DNA of 64,000 nucleotides from Macrostomum lignano (Eukaryota). Shown here one piece after another: positions 13,788 through 26,300 of this stretch (position 1 is its first letter; each line of letters starts with the position of its first letter). Position numbers and translations under genes: made by a program. Under the pieces are notes generated by a model that saw nothing but the letters and a program-made list of their open reading frames with translations, did no database searches and was not told where the DNA came from. The stretch lies in NCBI GenBank assembly GCA_002269645.1, contig NIVC01000987.1:32496-96495 (forward strand), written 5' to 3'.

Positions 13788-16700
13788 TTACAGGGAGACT
13801 TCTTCGAACTGCGTTGGTTGCTTGCAGCGATTTAACAGTCTGTCTATCGGCTGAAGTAACCGAAACTCTTGTCCAGCCATTGTCAGCGTCCTTGATCTGG
13901 CTGGACCTGTATTCTGTAATAGTTTAGATATTGGAAGAATCCGAGGCGTCAAGTCACTAAATGATCTGAGGATTAACAGCCCAGTGAAGGATCTGAGGAT
14001 TACCAGCCCACTGAAGAATCTGAGGATTACCAGCCCACTGAAGAATCTGAGGATTACCAGCCCACTGAAGAATCTGAGGATTACCAGCCCACTGAAGAAT
14101 CTGAGGATTACCAGCCCACTGAAGAATCTGAGGATTAACAGCCCACTGGAGAATCTTAGGATTAACAGCCTACTGGAGAATCTTAGGATTAACAGCCTAC
14201 TGGAGAATCTGAGGATTAACAGCCCACTGAAGAATCTTAGGATTACCAGCCCACTGGAGAATCTTAGGATTAACAGCCTACTGGAGAATCTGAGGATTAA
14301 CAGCCCACTGGAGAATCTTAGGATTAACAGCCTACTGGAGAATCTGAGGATTAACAGCCCACTGGAGAATCTTAGGATTATCAGCCTACTGGAGAATCTG
14401 AGGGTTAGCAGCCCACTGAAGAATCTTAGGATTACCAGCCCACTGGAGAATCTGAGGATTAACAGCCCACTGGAGAATCTTAGGATTAACAGCCTACTGG
14501 AGAATCTGAGGATTAACAGCCCACTGAAGAATCTGAGGATTAACAGCCTACTGGAGAATCTGAGGATTAACAGCCCACTGGAGAATCTTAGGATTAACAG
14601 CCTACTGGAGAATCTGAGGATTAACAGCCCACTGAAGAATCTTAGGATTACCAGCCCACTGAAGAATCTTAGGATTACCAGCCCACTGGAGAATCTTAGG
14701 ATTATCAGCCCACTGGAGAATCTTAGGATTAACAGCCTACTGGAGAATCTGAGGATTAACAGCCCACTGGAGAATCTTAGGATTAACAGCCTACTGGAGA
14801 ATCTGAGGATTAACAGCCCACTGGAGAATCTTAGGATTAACAGCCTACTGGAGAATCTGAGGGTTAGCAGCCCACTGAAGGATCTTAGGATTATCAGCCC
14901 ACTGGAGAATCTTTGGATTAACAGCCCACTGGAGAATCTTTGGATTACCAGCCCACTGGAGAATCTTTGGATTAACAGCCTACTGGAGAATCTGAGGGTT
15001 AGCAGCCCACTGGAGAATCTTTGGATTAACAGCCCACTGGAGAATCTGAGGGTTAGCAGCCCACTGAAGAATCTTAGGATTAACAGCCCACTGGAGAATC
15101 TTAGGATTAACAGCCCACTGGAGAATCTTAGGATTAACAGCCCACTGAAGAATCTTAGGATTAACAGCCCACTGGAGAATCTTTGGATTATCAGCCCACT
15201 GGAGAATCTTAGGATTAACAGCCCACTGGAGAATCTTAGGATTAACAGCCCACTGGAGAATCTTAGGATTAACAGCCCACTGGAGAATCTGAAGCCAATA
15301 GGGCATTAAGGGTAGCAGGTCACTGAAAGACCAGATAAGTTGCAGACCACTGAATGATCTGACAGGGTAAACGGTAATTTATTACTCACCATGAATATCC
15401 AAATTTGACTTTGCATTCTGATCAAAGTTCTCAACCACACATACTGCCGGATAAGTCTGCGAGTTGAAATTGAAACGTAATTTATAATGTAGACATGCAG
15501 TATGAAACAAATTATTCTTGAATTAAAAAAAATGACAATATTTTCAAACCTGTGCAGTCTGGGGAATCAAGAACATGATGATTGCAGCTACAATCGGCAA
15601 CAGACCAGATAGATAGAAAGGTACGTCCCATCGGTTTGTAACGTCGTTTATATAGCCTGAATTTTTTTAGATTGTTTGATGCGTCATTTTGTGGTCGATG
15701 AGGTGTATTAAGCATCGGAAATAATACACATCATCGAACACAAAAGGACACGTCAAACATCGTAAATGACACCTCTCATTAGCCACAAAATGACACGTCA
15801 GACATCGGAAATGACACCTCTCATTAGCCACAAAATGACACGTCAGACATCGGAAATGACACCTCTCATTAACGACAAAATGACACGTCGAACATCGGAA
15901 ATGACACCTCTCATTAGCCACAAAATGACACGTCGAACATCGGAAATGACACCTCTCATTAGCGACAAAATGACACGTCAAACATCGGAAATGACACCTC
16001 TCATTAGCGACAAAATGACACGTCAGACATCGGAAATGACACCTCTCATTAGCCACAAAATGACACGTCGAACATCGGAAATGACACCTCTCATTAGCGA
16101 CAAAATGACACGTCAGACATCGGAAATGACACCTCTCATTAACGACAAAATGACACGTCAGACATCGGAAATGACACCTCTCATTAGCGACAAAATGACA
16201 CGTCGAACATCGTAAATGACACCTCATTAGCCACAAAATGCCACGTCAGACATCGGAAATGACACCTCTCATTAGCCACAAAATGCCACGTCAGACATCG
16301 GAAATGACACCTCTCATTAGCGACAAAATGACACGTCGAACATCGGAAATGACACCTCTCATTAGCGACAAAATGACACGTCAGACATCGGAAATGACAC
16401 GTCGAACATCGGAAATGACACCTCTCATTAGCCACAAAATGCCACGTCAGACATCGGAAATGACACCTCTCATTAGCCACAAAATGCCACGTCAAACATC
16501 GGAAATGGCACCTCTCATTAGCCACAAAATGCCACGTCAAACATCGTAAATGACACCTCTCATTAGCCACAAAATGACACGTCAAACATCGGAAATGACA
16601 GCCAAAACACAAGCCACTGAACAACATGCTGCTGCTGGTGCTCACCCGCCAGCAATGGCCCCACAGTGGTTGGCACAGACATTGCCAACAATAGAAATCC

Positions 16701-19290
16701 AATTGCCTGCGATGCGCCACTCGGTCCAACTAAATCGAACGCAATCGGTCCCATAAGGCACACCACGGCTCCGTCGCATAGGCCAAATAGTAGGGCCAGC
16801 GAGATGAATAAAACCCGATGGTTACTAGGCGGTAATAAAAGAATGCTAAGTCCCAGGGTGGCGTAAGCTGCCTGTTGCAGATGGACTCTGTTCATGCATT
16901 GACTGTCAGCTAATTTCCCAATAACTAATCGCGCAACGCTGCTTGAAATGTTAATGCAGACTAGCATTATTGCCGCGTCGGATTCAGCTGTGGAAATCGA
17001 TAGTTGGATTTGATTATAAACTTCGTTGCTTGTACCGCTGCTATTGTTGTTGCTACTGCCAGAATTTCTAGTCGCTGCAGTGCCGTTGCTTAGAATCTGC
17101 TTCAGTTGTTTGTCCGATGTGATGTTGTATTGTAGGAGAGCTCGCATTTGTAAGAAATTTGGCTGAAAAAAATCGGTAATAGGTCGTACATAACTATGAC
17201 CGTTGGAAGAGGCCATAGACAGCTGAGATAGTGGTTGATAGGATGGCTTTAGACAGCTTAGGTGTAGTGGTTGATAGGATGGCTTTAGACAGCTAAGTAT
17301 AGTGGTTGATAAAATGGCCATAGACAGCTGAGATATTGGTTGATAGAATGGCCATAGACAGCTGACATCTTGGTTGATAGAATGGCCATAGACAGCTGAG
17401 ATATTGGTTGATAGAATGGCCATAGACAGCTGAGATTTTGGTTTATAGAATTGCCATAGACAGCTTAGGCACTGGTTGATAGAATGGTCATAGACAGAGG
17501 AACAGAAAGACAACTTCATGTTGGGTATAAAGGCCATAGACAAACAGAAAAACACTCAGTAACGGGAGCTCATCAGAAAAACGAACGGCACAAAGTAGCC
17601 AAACATGGCGCAAGGACAAGCAACAATCCAAACTAAAAAACCACGACTTCGCCAAATGCTAACGTTGCAAAATTTCGATAGAAACGTGCCAATCCCTGTA
17701 ACGCTCTCTGCTAGAGAATTTCTTGGCGACAAGTAGTGATCAAGTTCAGCGTGACGAGCTGGTCGAGTTTGTCTCCAGGTGAGCGCGTAAAGAACCATCA
17801 GTAGGGACATCCCAGCCAACAGGCGAAACGTGTTGCTAAGCCCGATGCCATCAAGCAGCACGGGTTTCATTATCTTGGTGAGCGGAATTGAGAACACTCC
17901 GCTTCCGAGGGTGACTATGCCGTTAACGAGGCCCATTCGACGCTCAAAATAGTGGCCCAGAATCACCAGGCTCGGCGTGTAGACCAGAGCTGCTCCCGCG
18001 CCGAATAGGAAACTGTGCGTGAACAGCAGCATGGTGATTCGGTCCTGCCTGTCGCAGAAAGAGCTGCCCAGAAGGCCCAGCGCGCAGACTGCGCCACCGA
18101 CTGCGGCTACTGGGCGAATGCCTACCCGGTCGGTGACCACACTGGCTAGAAATGAGAAGAAGAATAAACAGCGAAGGCCGCGGATCCGATCGCGCCTAGG
18201 TGGGGAGGGTCGGTTTGCTAAATTTGAAGTCAGTCAGTCAGTTTGTCAGTTTGTTAGTTTGTTAGTTTGTTAGTTTGTTAGTTTGTTAGTTCGCTACTTA
18301 GTCAGTTAGTTAAACTCACCAGCCAACGACTTGCTGGCGCTGTAATTAGTGATGAGCCACTCGCTAATTATTCCGAAGCTGTTAATCACCGAGAAGATGG
18401 TGCCGTTGGTGCAGAATGAGGTGAAGCAGACCAGCCAAGCGACGCAGCCTCCATCAGCCGGGTGGAACTCCATTGCCAGATCAAGATTCTGTTCATCAGT
18501 TTGGGACAGTCGCTTTCCTAACGAGTCGCGACTTAAACGATCGATGCTTTTGGACGCTGGCTTGTCGTCTAACTCGGCGGACGGATCTCCATGACTGCTG
18601 CTGCTGCCAACTTGAGCCGGGTCGATTTGTTCTTTGCTGTTTTTGTTGCTACAGTGATTGTCGAGCGCGTCAACGGGACTGAGACGCTGAAGTTGTATCT
18701 GAAATTCGAAATGCATTATCGTAACCATGGCCCTCTCAGGTCATGGATATATGCTAGGCATGGCTATCTCCAGGGAATTCCTATTCTGCTTCTCCAGCTA
18801 TCTCTCCGAAGTTTTCGGGCCCAAGAATCTCTGCCAGCTCGTCCCCTACCTAAAGGCTACCGGGTGAGCGACCATCCACCTCCTGGACTCTCCGGAAGGG
18901 ACACCGCAGGACGGTCAAATCGACCTGAGTCAAGTCTTTATGGTCAAGATGACAGTGGACCCGCAACCAGAACGCTTAATAGCGGTGAGCAAGTTCTGCT
19001 CTCGCTTCAGAGCATGCAGCTTTCACAAACTGGAAATTCTACATTTTCGAAGACAGAAAACTCGATAAGCTCGACACTTCGAAAACCGCACAACCGGCTA
19101 GCGAGAGGCATTGCTGCCCATTCCGCCGACACCCCTGAGCAGGCACACAAGCGCGCGGATACGTACGCAGTCATACGCACAGGCACACACTCACACAGGA
19201 GTGTACAGCGGCCCCAAGTTTATCAAGTGTCTTTTTGATGATAGATTTCACAATAATTCAACTCACAGGCTCAGACTTCGATTCCGTCAT
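13788..19290 (-). CDS. Monocarboxylate/aromatic amino acid transporter, MCT8/MCT10-like (SLC16), 7 exons; carries two apparent lesions (possible pseudogene or sequencing errors)
   Basis: Exons 19267-19290 (MTESKSEP), 18320-18698, 17574-18195 (or -18145), 16646-17162, 15550-15656, 15390-15456, 13788-13906. MCT motifs PADGGCVAWLV, VTDRVGIR, LGHYFERRMGLVNG, GYFVPFVFL-PNF, RLVIGKLAD, GPLLAGYINDVTNRWDVPFYLSG. Needs one extra base near 18167, and the donor at 17573 reads AT. Confidence 0.85.
13960..15300. repeat. 27-bp minisatellite in the last MCT intron (CTGGAGAATCTTAGGATTAACAGCCCA)
   Basis: About 49 tandem copies; explains the 441-aa (LRINSPLEN)n ORF. Confidence 0.95.
15760..16600. repeat. 45-bp minisatellite in an MCT intron
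   Basis: Unit AAATGACACCTCTCATTAGCCACAAAATGACACGTCAGACATCGG. Confidence 0.95.
17200..17490. repeat. ~34-bp degenerate minisatellite in an MCT intron
   Basis: Unit GGTTGATAGAATGGCCATAGACAGCTGAGATATT. Confidence 0.85.
19095..19215 (-). mobile_element. Internal fragment of the local tRNA-derived SINE family
   Basis: Near-identical to the body of the copies at 31104-31460 and 32869-33226. Confidence 0.8.
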
Positions 19291-19774
19291 GAAGAAAATT
19301 GACTGTTAACCTTCTTTGTCCCTATCGGAGATCGCCATTCAAAGTTGCTAAAGCGCTGAGGTAGCGAAGACATCCATGCCCATATTAGCTAATATTATTA
19401 ATCAATTTGCTGGGTTAAATTTATGAATAATTATTAGTCTATGAGGAAATTTGAACAACCAATCAAATTAGAATGGGTATATAATAATAATGTATTAAAA
19501 GTAACTGAAGTACATTCGCAACTGTGTATTTTTGGATCTCGATGTAATATTGGATTGTAACGTCAATATTTGCATCACAAAGTTGGCATTAACTATACTT
19601 ATTTGTTAATCAGGTAAATAAATATTTTGATTAAACAGTTGCTGATTCCACGTGTACCAAAGTATGTGACTGAATTTACAATATTCGACAAGATCGAATT
19701 GCTGGGAAAGTTTTGCTTGCGGGAGATTGTCTTTGCTGAGTATCTTCTGGGGGAGGTGCTTGAAGCAAATAATT

Positions 19775-20085
19775 CGCCAGCTACAGAGAGGGGGTTGCCA
19801 GCTACAGAGGGGGCCACTGGCTATTGATGGGGGGTCGCCAGCAACAGAAGAAAGTCACCAGCTACAGAAAGGGGTCACCAGCAACAGAAGGGGTCACCAG
19901 CTACAGAAAGGGGTCACCAGCTACAGAAGGGGTCACCAGCTACAGAGGGGCCACTTGCTATTGATGGGGGTCACCAGCAACAGAAGGGGGTCACCAGTAA
20001 CAGAGGGGGTCACAAGCTACAGAGGGGCACTAGCTACAGAGGGGGTCACTAGCTACAGAGGGGGTCACTAGCTACAGAGATGGGC
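19775..20085. repeat. ~21-22 bp minisatellite (GGGGTCACCAGCTACAGA)
   Basis: Tandem repetition. Confidence 0.85.
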
Positions 20086-20390
20086 ACCCACAAAAATGCA
20101 TTAGCTAGATTTATTCACAATCTGTACTTTTGAAGGTCATTTGAAACTTTATCCGAAGTACATGTGTACTTTTAGCCCAAGGTAGGTTCAATATTTAATC
20201 AAAATTTACGAAACAAGAAAAAAACATAATTTACGAATATTTTCTCTTTAACGAATTGTTTCTTCTAAACACAACTTAAGCGTTTTGGAAGTTCAAGACA
20301 GTTAAATATATTGTCAAACCAGCCTTCAAAAATTGTCACAATGGGATACTGCGCTATGTCGCTTTATTTGCTTTTTTTAACATTTGAAGT

Positions 20391-23300
20391 TCACTTCACA
20401 ATGGCGTACATCACCCAGTAGATGACGTTAAACAGTAAGAAACTGAGCGGAAACAACCGTCTAGCGATTTTATCAATTTTGCTGGCTCGGCTGACCATAA
20501 CGACAGGCGGAATTCTCGAATAGTTTTCGATTCGACCGGACAGTTGCTGTGGTTGACTCAAAATGTCAGTTAACTTTGCTGATCGCTCATTAGTGATTGG
20601 GCACTTGTGATTGAGTGAGTCTGCTCTGCTCATGGGGGACTGGAATTGGGAGGAGGGTTTTGTCAGCATGAAATTTGATCCTGACAGTCCCAATCCCGAT
20701 CCTGATAGTCCCGATCCCGACCCTGACAGTCCTAATCCCGATCCTGACATTCCCGATCCTGATCCTGACAGTCTCGATCCTGACAGTCCCGATCCCGATC
20801 CTGACAGTCCCAATCCCGATCCTAACAGTCCCGATCCTGACAGTCCCGATCCCGATCCTAACAGTCCCAATTCCGGTCCTGACACTTCCGATCCTTCATA
20901 AAGTCCCAGTCCCGATCTTTACAGTCCCGACCCATTTATTTATTTTTTAATTCTGGATCTGACCATTCCTACCTAGACACGAATTTTCATCTGTATTCAT
21001 GCTAAACTATACTCGCGTATACTACTACAACAATTAAATATAAGTAGTCAGAAACGAAAATTTTTACAGAAAAAGAAAACTTACAAAGCCACTAGTGGAG
21101 GCTTCGGGTTCAATGCTGACACTGCAGCAGCTGCTACTTTGATAGAAATTGTCTTGTATCCTTGCAGCCTTCAACACTGACACTGTCGGTTGCTGCTGCT
21201 GCTGCTGTTGCTCATGTAATTTTTGCTGTTCTGTCTGCTTTCGCAACTGCAATCTGCGCTGTTCGTTCGTGTCTTTCCTACTGTAAACATTGACAACGGC
21301 GAATTCTAACAGCGAGGCGAACACAAATATGAGACAGACACTCATCCACACGTCGATGGCCTTGATGTAGGAGACTCTGGGGAGGGATTGACCAGCTCCT
21401 GACGACTGCGTTGTCATGGTGAGCACTGCCAAGGGAAAAGGGATTGTATTTTTAGGATGGGATCATTTCACCTCTATCAGTCGGTTAGAAGACAGGGTGA
21501 CTAGAAGACAGACTGACTAAAAGACAGAGTGACTAGAATTCAGACTGACTAGAATTCAGAGTGGCTTGAAGATAGGGACTAGAATTCAGGGTGACTAGTA
21601 TTCAGAGTGACTAAAAGACAGAGTGACTAGAAGACAGAGTGACTAGAAGACAGTGTGACTAGAATTCAGACTGACTAGAATTCAGAGTGGCTTGAAGATA
21701 GGGACTAGAATTCAGGGTGACTAGTATTCAGAGTGACTAAAAGACAGAGTGACTAGAAGACAGAGTGACTAGAAGACAGTGTGACTAGAAGACAGAGTGA
21801 CTAGAAGACAGAGTGACTAGAAAAAACAGTGACTAGAAGACAGAGTGAATAGACGACAGAGTAACTAGAAGACACAGTGACTAGAAGACCGAGTGACTAG
21901 AAGACAGAGTGACTAGATAACAGAGTGACTAGAATTCAGAGTGACTAGATAAAAGAGTGACTAGAAGCAGAGTGACTAGATAACAGAGTGACTAGAAGGC
22001 ATCTCAGTGCCTAGAAGACAGAGTGACTAGAATTCAGAGTGACTAGAAGGCAGAGTGCCTTGAAGACAGAGTGACTATAATACAGAGTGACTATAATACA
22101 GAGTGACTAGATAACAGTGACTAGAAGGCAGAGTGCCTAGAAGACAGAGTGACTAGAATTCAGAGTGACTAGAAGACAGAATGACTAAAAGTTTCTAAGA
22201 ATGTATTTTACAAAAGTCACATTTTCAAAACTAATTTCCTTTTTCGAAAGATTGAAAAAAGAGCTCAAGCTACAGTTTCTTGAAAAATTTTTGTGCTCAT
22301 AGACTGGGTCATCAGCAGTTCCAGGCCCTCACCTGTGAGCAGTCCAAGACTGACCCTGGCCGGTATCGCTTCGGTGTTAATCCAGAATGCAACCCAGCTG
22401 AGAATGACTATGAGCACAGTTGGTATGTACACCTGTGGGAAATTGAATAAGAGTATATTTTATCATCTAATTATTCTTAATCAAATTTTTCCCCTAGGCT
22501 GCCTCTGAGAGTGTTGCTCACTTGGATAATAAAATAACCGATGTCTCGTCGCAGAATGAAGTCCACCTGCAGGCAGGGATAACTCCCAGTAGTGTAGTTC
22601 TTTGAGCAATCTCTGGTTGGGTAGCCGATGAGTACAAACTGTGGCATGCTGAGTTCGTCAGTAGATTCTACGGACTTGTTCACCAGCCACTTGAATACCA
22701 CCGTTTTCATGGTGTGACCGACTGCCGAGCGGAGGTTTTGGTGGGATGGTTGAGAGTAAGATTTGTGAGGGTGAGATCGGTGAGAGTGAGATAAGTGAGA
22801 TTGAGATGGGTGAGAGTGAGATAGATAAGAGTGAGATGGAAGAGTGGGATGGGTGAGACTGAGATGGGTGAGAGTAGTGAAATGGGAGAGGGTGAGATTG
22901 ATGAGAGTGAGATTTTTAAGGGTTAAGATGGTTGAGAGTGAGATGGGTGAGAGTGATTTGGGTGAGATTGAGATGGGTGAGAGTGAGATTTTTTAGGGTG
23001 AGATAAGCGAGAGTGAGATGGGGGTGAGAGTAGTGAAATGGGTGAGGGTGAGCTGGGCGAGAGTAAGATTTGTGAGGGTGAGATGGGTGAGAGTGAGATG
23101 AAGAGAGTGAGATAGCTGAGAGTGAGATGGGTGCTGAGAGTGAGATTGGTGAGAGTGAGATTTTTGAGGGTGAAATGGGTGAGAGTGATTTGGGTGAGAG
23201 TGAGATTTTTTAGGGTGAGATAAGTGAGTGAGAGGGGCGTGAGAGTAGTGAAATGGGTGAGGGTGAGATGGGCGAGAGTAAGATTTGTGAGGGTGAGATG

Positions 23301-26300
23301 GGTGAGAGTGAGATGAAGAGAGTGAGATAGCTGAGAGTGAGATGGGTGAGAGTGAGATGGGGGAGAATAAGATTGATGAGAGTGTGAGAGATGCCTGAGA
23401 TGGAGTTGGGTGAGCAACTAGTATCAATTAAAAATTCACACCAAGGTCAAACCAGAGCCAATCAATTACGCTCACAGCTCTCCAGCATCATGGGGCAGAT
23501 TTGCGTGTCCAGCGGATATTTCTGCAGCTGCATCATGCAGGACAAGGTGGCTGAGATTCTGCAAATTCAATTTGAAGAATGCTGGAGTGAAGCGGCGTAG
23601 CGTGTGACTGCTCAAGACAAGAGCAGCTTTTGCGGAAGACACTTTACAATACGCAACTAATGAAAACCCGATCGCTTCTGGAGAGAAACTCACTTCATCA
23701 CGTACCACAGCTTCCCGCTCGGGTAGAGATTGATGAAGCGATTCGGAATGGTCACGTGATGAAAGTCGGCTTTCTTCTCGTTTCTGCTTTTTGAAAGGAA
23801 TGATTTTAGGCGATAGCGTTGATTTAGAACTAAGCTGGTTACTAAAACTATTCGTAAATCGTTCAGAAAATGCATTAGCGGGATCGGAAGTCTTCAGTTT
23901 TTTTCAGCAATAAATTCTCAATACTGTCATCCCTGGACTTCCGAATTCCAAATGAAGAAAGTGTGTGTTTACTTCGAGGTGCTGCCAAGAAAGTGTACAT
24001 CTCCTGAAGATTTGAAAGTCAAGGCCGCTGTACACCCTACATGAGAGGGACTAGAAGACAGGGTGACAGTGCTAGTTACCCTGTCTTGTAGTCACTCTGT
24101 CTTGTAGTCACTCTGTCTTGTAGTCACTCTGTCTTGTAGTCACTCTGTCTTTTAGTCACTCTGTCTTGTAGTCACCCTGTCTTCTAGTCACTCTGTCTTG
24201 TAGTCACCCTGTCTTCTAGTCACTGTCTTGTAGTCACTCTGTCTTGTCTTTTTGTCAGGGTGCAGCCCTCCTTTAATAACTTGCTGATATTTGAACAGAA
24301 AACTTAGTTTCATTCACTCAAGCACAATTAGGGTTACTGAAAAGTCCAGAAAGAAAAATATTGCTTTTCTAAATCGTCTAAATCTCCGAAAGATATTTTT
24401 AAACTCCATTTTAGCATTGCTAAGATACAAATGATAAAGCCTCGTTTTCGTATAGCTACCCGGAGGGGGGCGAAATGGCTAGTCCACATGTACTAAAAAG
24501 GTTCAAATCGATGTTTTAAACTGGCGCGACCTGAAAAACACGTCCGGCACCCAGAGCTTCTCCCAGATCTTGTCCTCCAGCTTGACGCAGTCTTTGTTTC
24601 GTCCGATTTCAGACTTGTTGTACTGTAGTCTGGGGTCGAACCACTCCTGACGTAGATAGATGTTCACGGAGTAGTCCTGGAAGTTTTGAGTTTGAGACAG
24701 ATTTTTAAAAGGCCATTTAAAAAGGCGTTAAGCATTGGCTTAATCATTTTTTTTCAAAATGTAAAAATAAGACATTTACCATTGTCTGCTCACTGATAGA
24801 GTAAAAGCTATTGATGTAGATGCCAAGTTGCACTGTTGTTGGCTTGTCTGCAACATAATACATTTTCGTACTAAATATTATCTAATTAATCATTTTAGCA
24901 GGCAAGTGAAAATAAAGATGCTATTATTTGTTCGTTAGTTTCTTGGAACACTTTTTGAAGGCCTGGTTTTTACATGATTGACTACTTATGACTAATTATA
25001 AAACTCGGCTTCAAAATCTTTCCAGGAAACATAGTACTCGCCCTTCTTTGTACTTTTATTAATCCATGATTTTTCAAAGCTTTTGAATGCCAATTAATCA
25101 CAAAAGCGAAGGTGCTTTATGACTTAATCAGTAATCTAAGCTTACAACATAGCGGTACTACCCATAACACAAGTAATCGATGAGATTAATCTATAAAAAA
25201 AGTTCATTAACCAACAACCTCATTCTTTGTCTATACACGTTTATCTAGCATTTTAGCATCTACTAGTAGTGCTTAACCGTTTCCTGTAGTTTGATCCTCG
25301 CTCGAGGATTCTATAAAGCTTGCCAGACAATATCCGGCTTCGCTGAGAGACCTTATATCAACTAATTATAGTACTAAGTATATATATATGGTCGAAGGCA
25401 TTTATAACCCAAGGTGCGTCAGTTAGTGCATAGAGAAATATGGTAATCACATAAATTTTACTGCGGAATTTTCAAGGTATTATAAAATAGGAGTCAATAT
25501 GAAACACATTGGAGCGAATGATATTGGATATAGGTTAATATTTAGAGGGGGGGTTATAGGAAAAAAATAGGGATAAAATGAGGATATTTGGGAAGAGGAA
25601 ATGACGAGAGTTAGAGAGGATTGTAAGAGTATTATAGAAACTGGAGAAGAGAGAGCAGATGGAAGAGGAGATAGAGTAGATGAGAGAGGGGGAGAGAGTA
25701 GATAGAAGAGGGAAGAGAGTAGATTGAAAAGGGGAAGAATAGATGAAAGAGGAGAGAGAGTAGATGTAAGAGGGGAGAGTAGATGAGAGAAGAGAGAGAG
25801 TAGATGCGAGAGGGAGAGAGTAGATGCGAGAGGGAGAGAGTAGATGGGGAGGGAAGGGGGAAGATAGGAAGGGAGAGAGTAGATGGAGAGGGAAGGGAGA
25901 AGATAGGAAGGGAGAGAGTAGATGGAGAGGGGAAAGAGTAGATGCGAGAGGAAGAGAGTAGATGGGAGAGGAAAGAGAGAGTAGATGGGAGAAGGGATCA
26001 AGAGAGTAGATGAGAGAAGGAGAGAGTAGATGAGAGAAGGGAGAGAGTAGATGAGAGAAGAGAGAGAGTAGATGAGAGAAGAGAGAGAGTAGATGAGAGA
26101 AGAGAGAGAGTAAATAGGAGAGGAGATAAGTAGATGGGAGAGAGGAGAAAGTAGTTGCGAGACAGCCGGGGATTCAGGAATAGTGTGAGCAGCTGAAAAT
26201 GAATACCTCCAAGTACACTGATATAAAATTTAAAAAATAGAGATTAAAGTATTGACAGAATTGTAGAATGAGCCTACTGAAACGTAGGGAGAGTGAGAGA

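Noticed and set aside
13984-15309. 441-aa (LRINSPLEN)n ORF, superficially LRR-like
   Set aside because: Non-ATG start; a pure 27-bp minisatellite antisense within an MCT intron. The same applies to ORFs over the other arrays (9301-10413, 15667-16729, 52781-53509).
18699-20390. Channel-MCT operon resolved by SL trans-splicing
   Set aside because: A conventional first exon (19267-19290, MTESKSEP|gtgagt) explains the acceptor at 18698; no SL RNA sequence was recognised.
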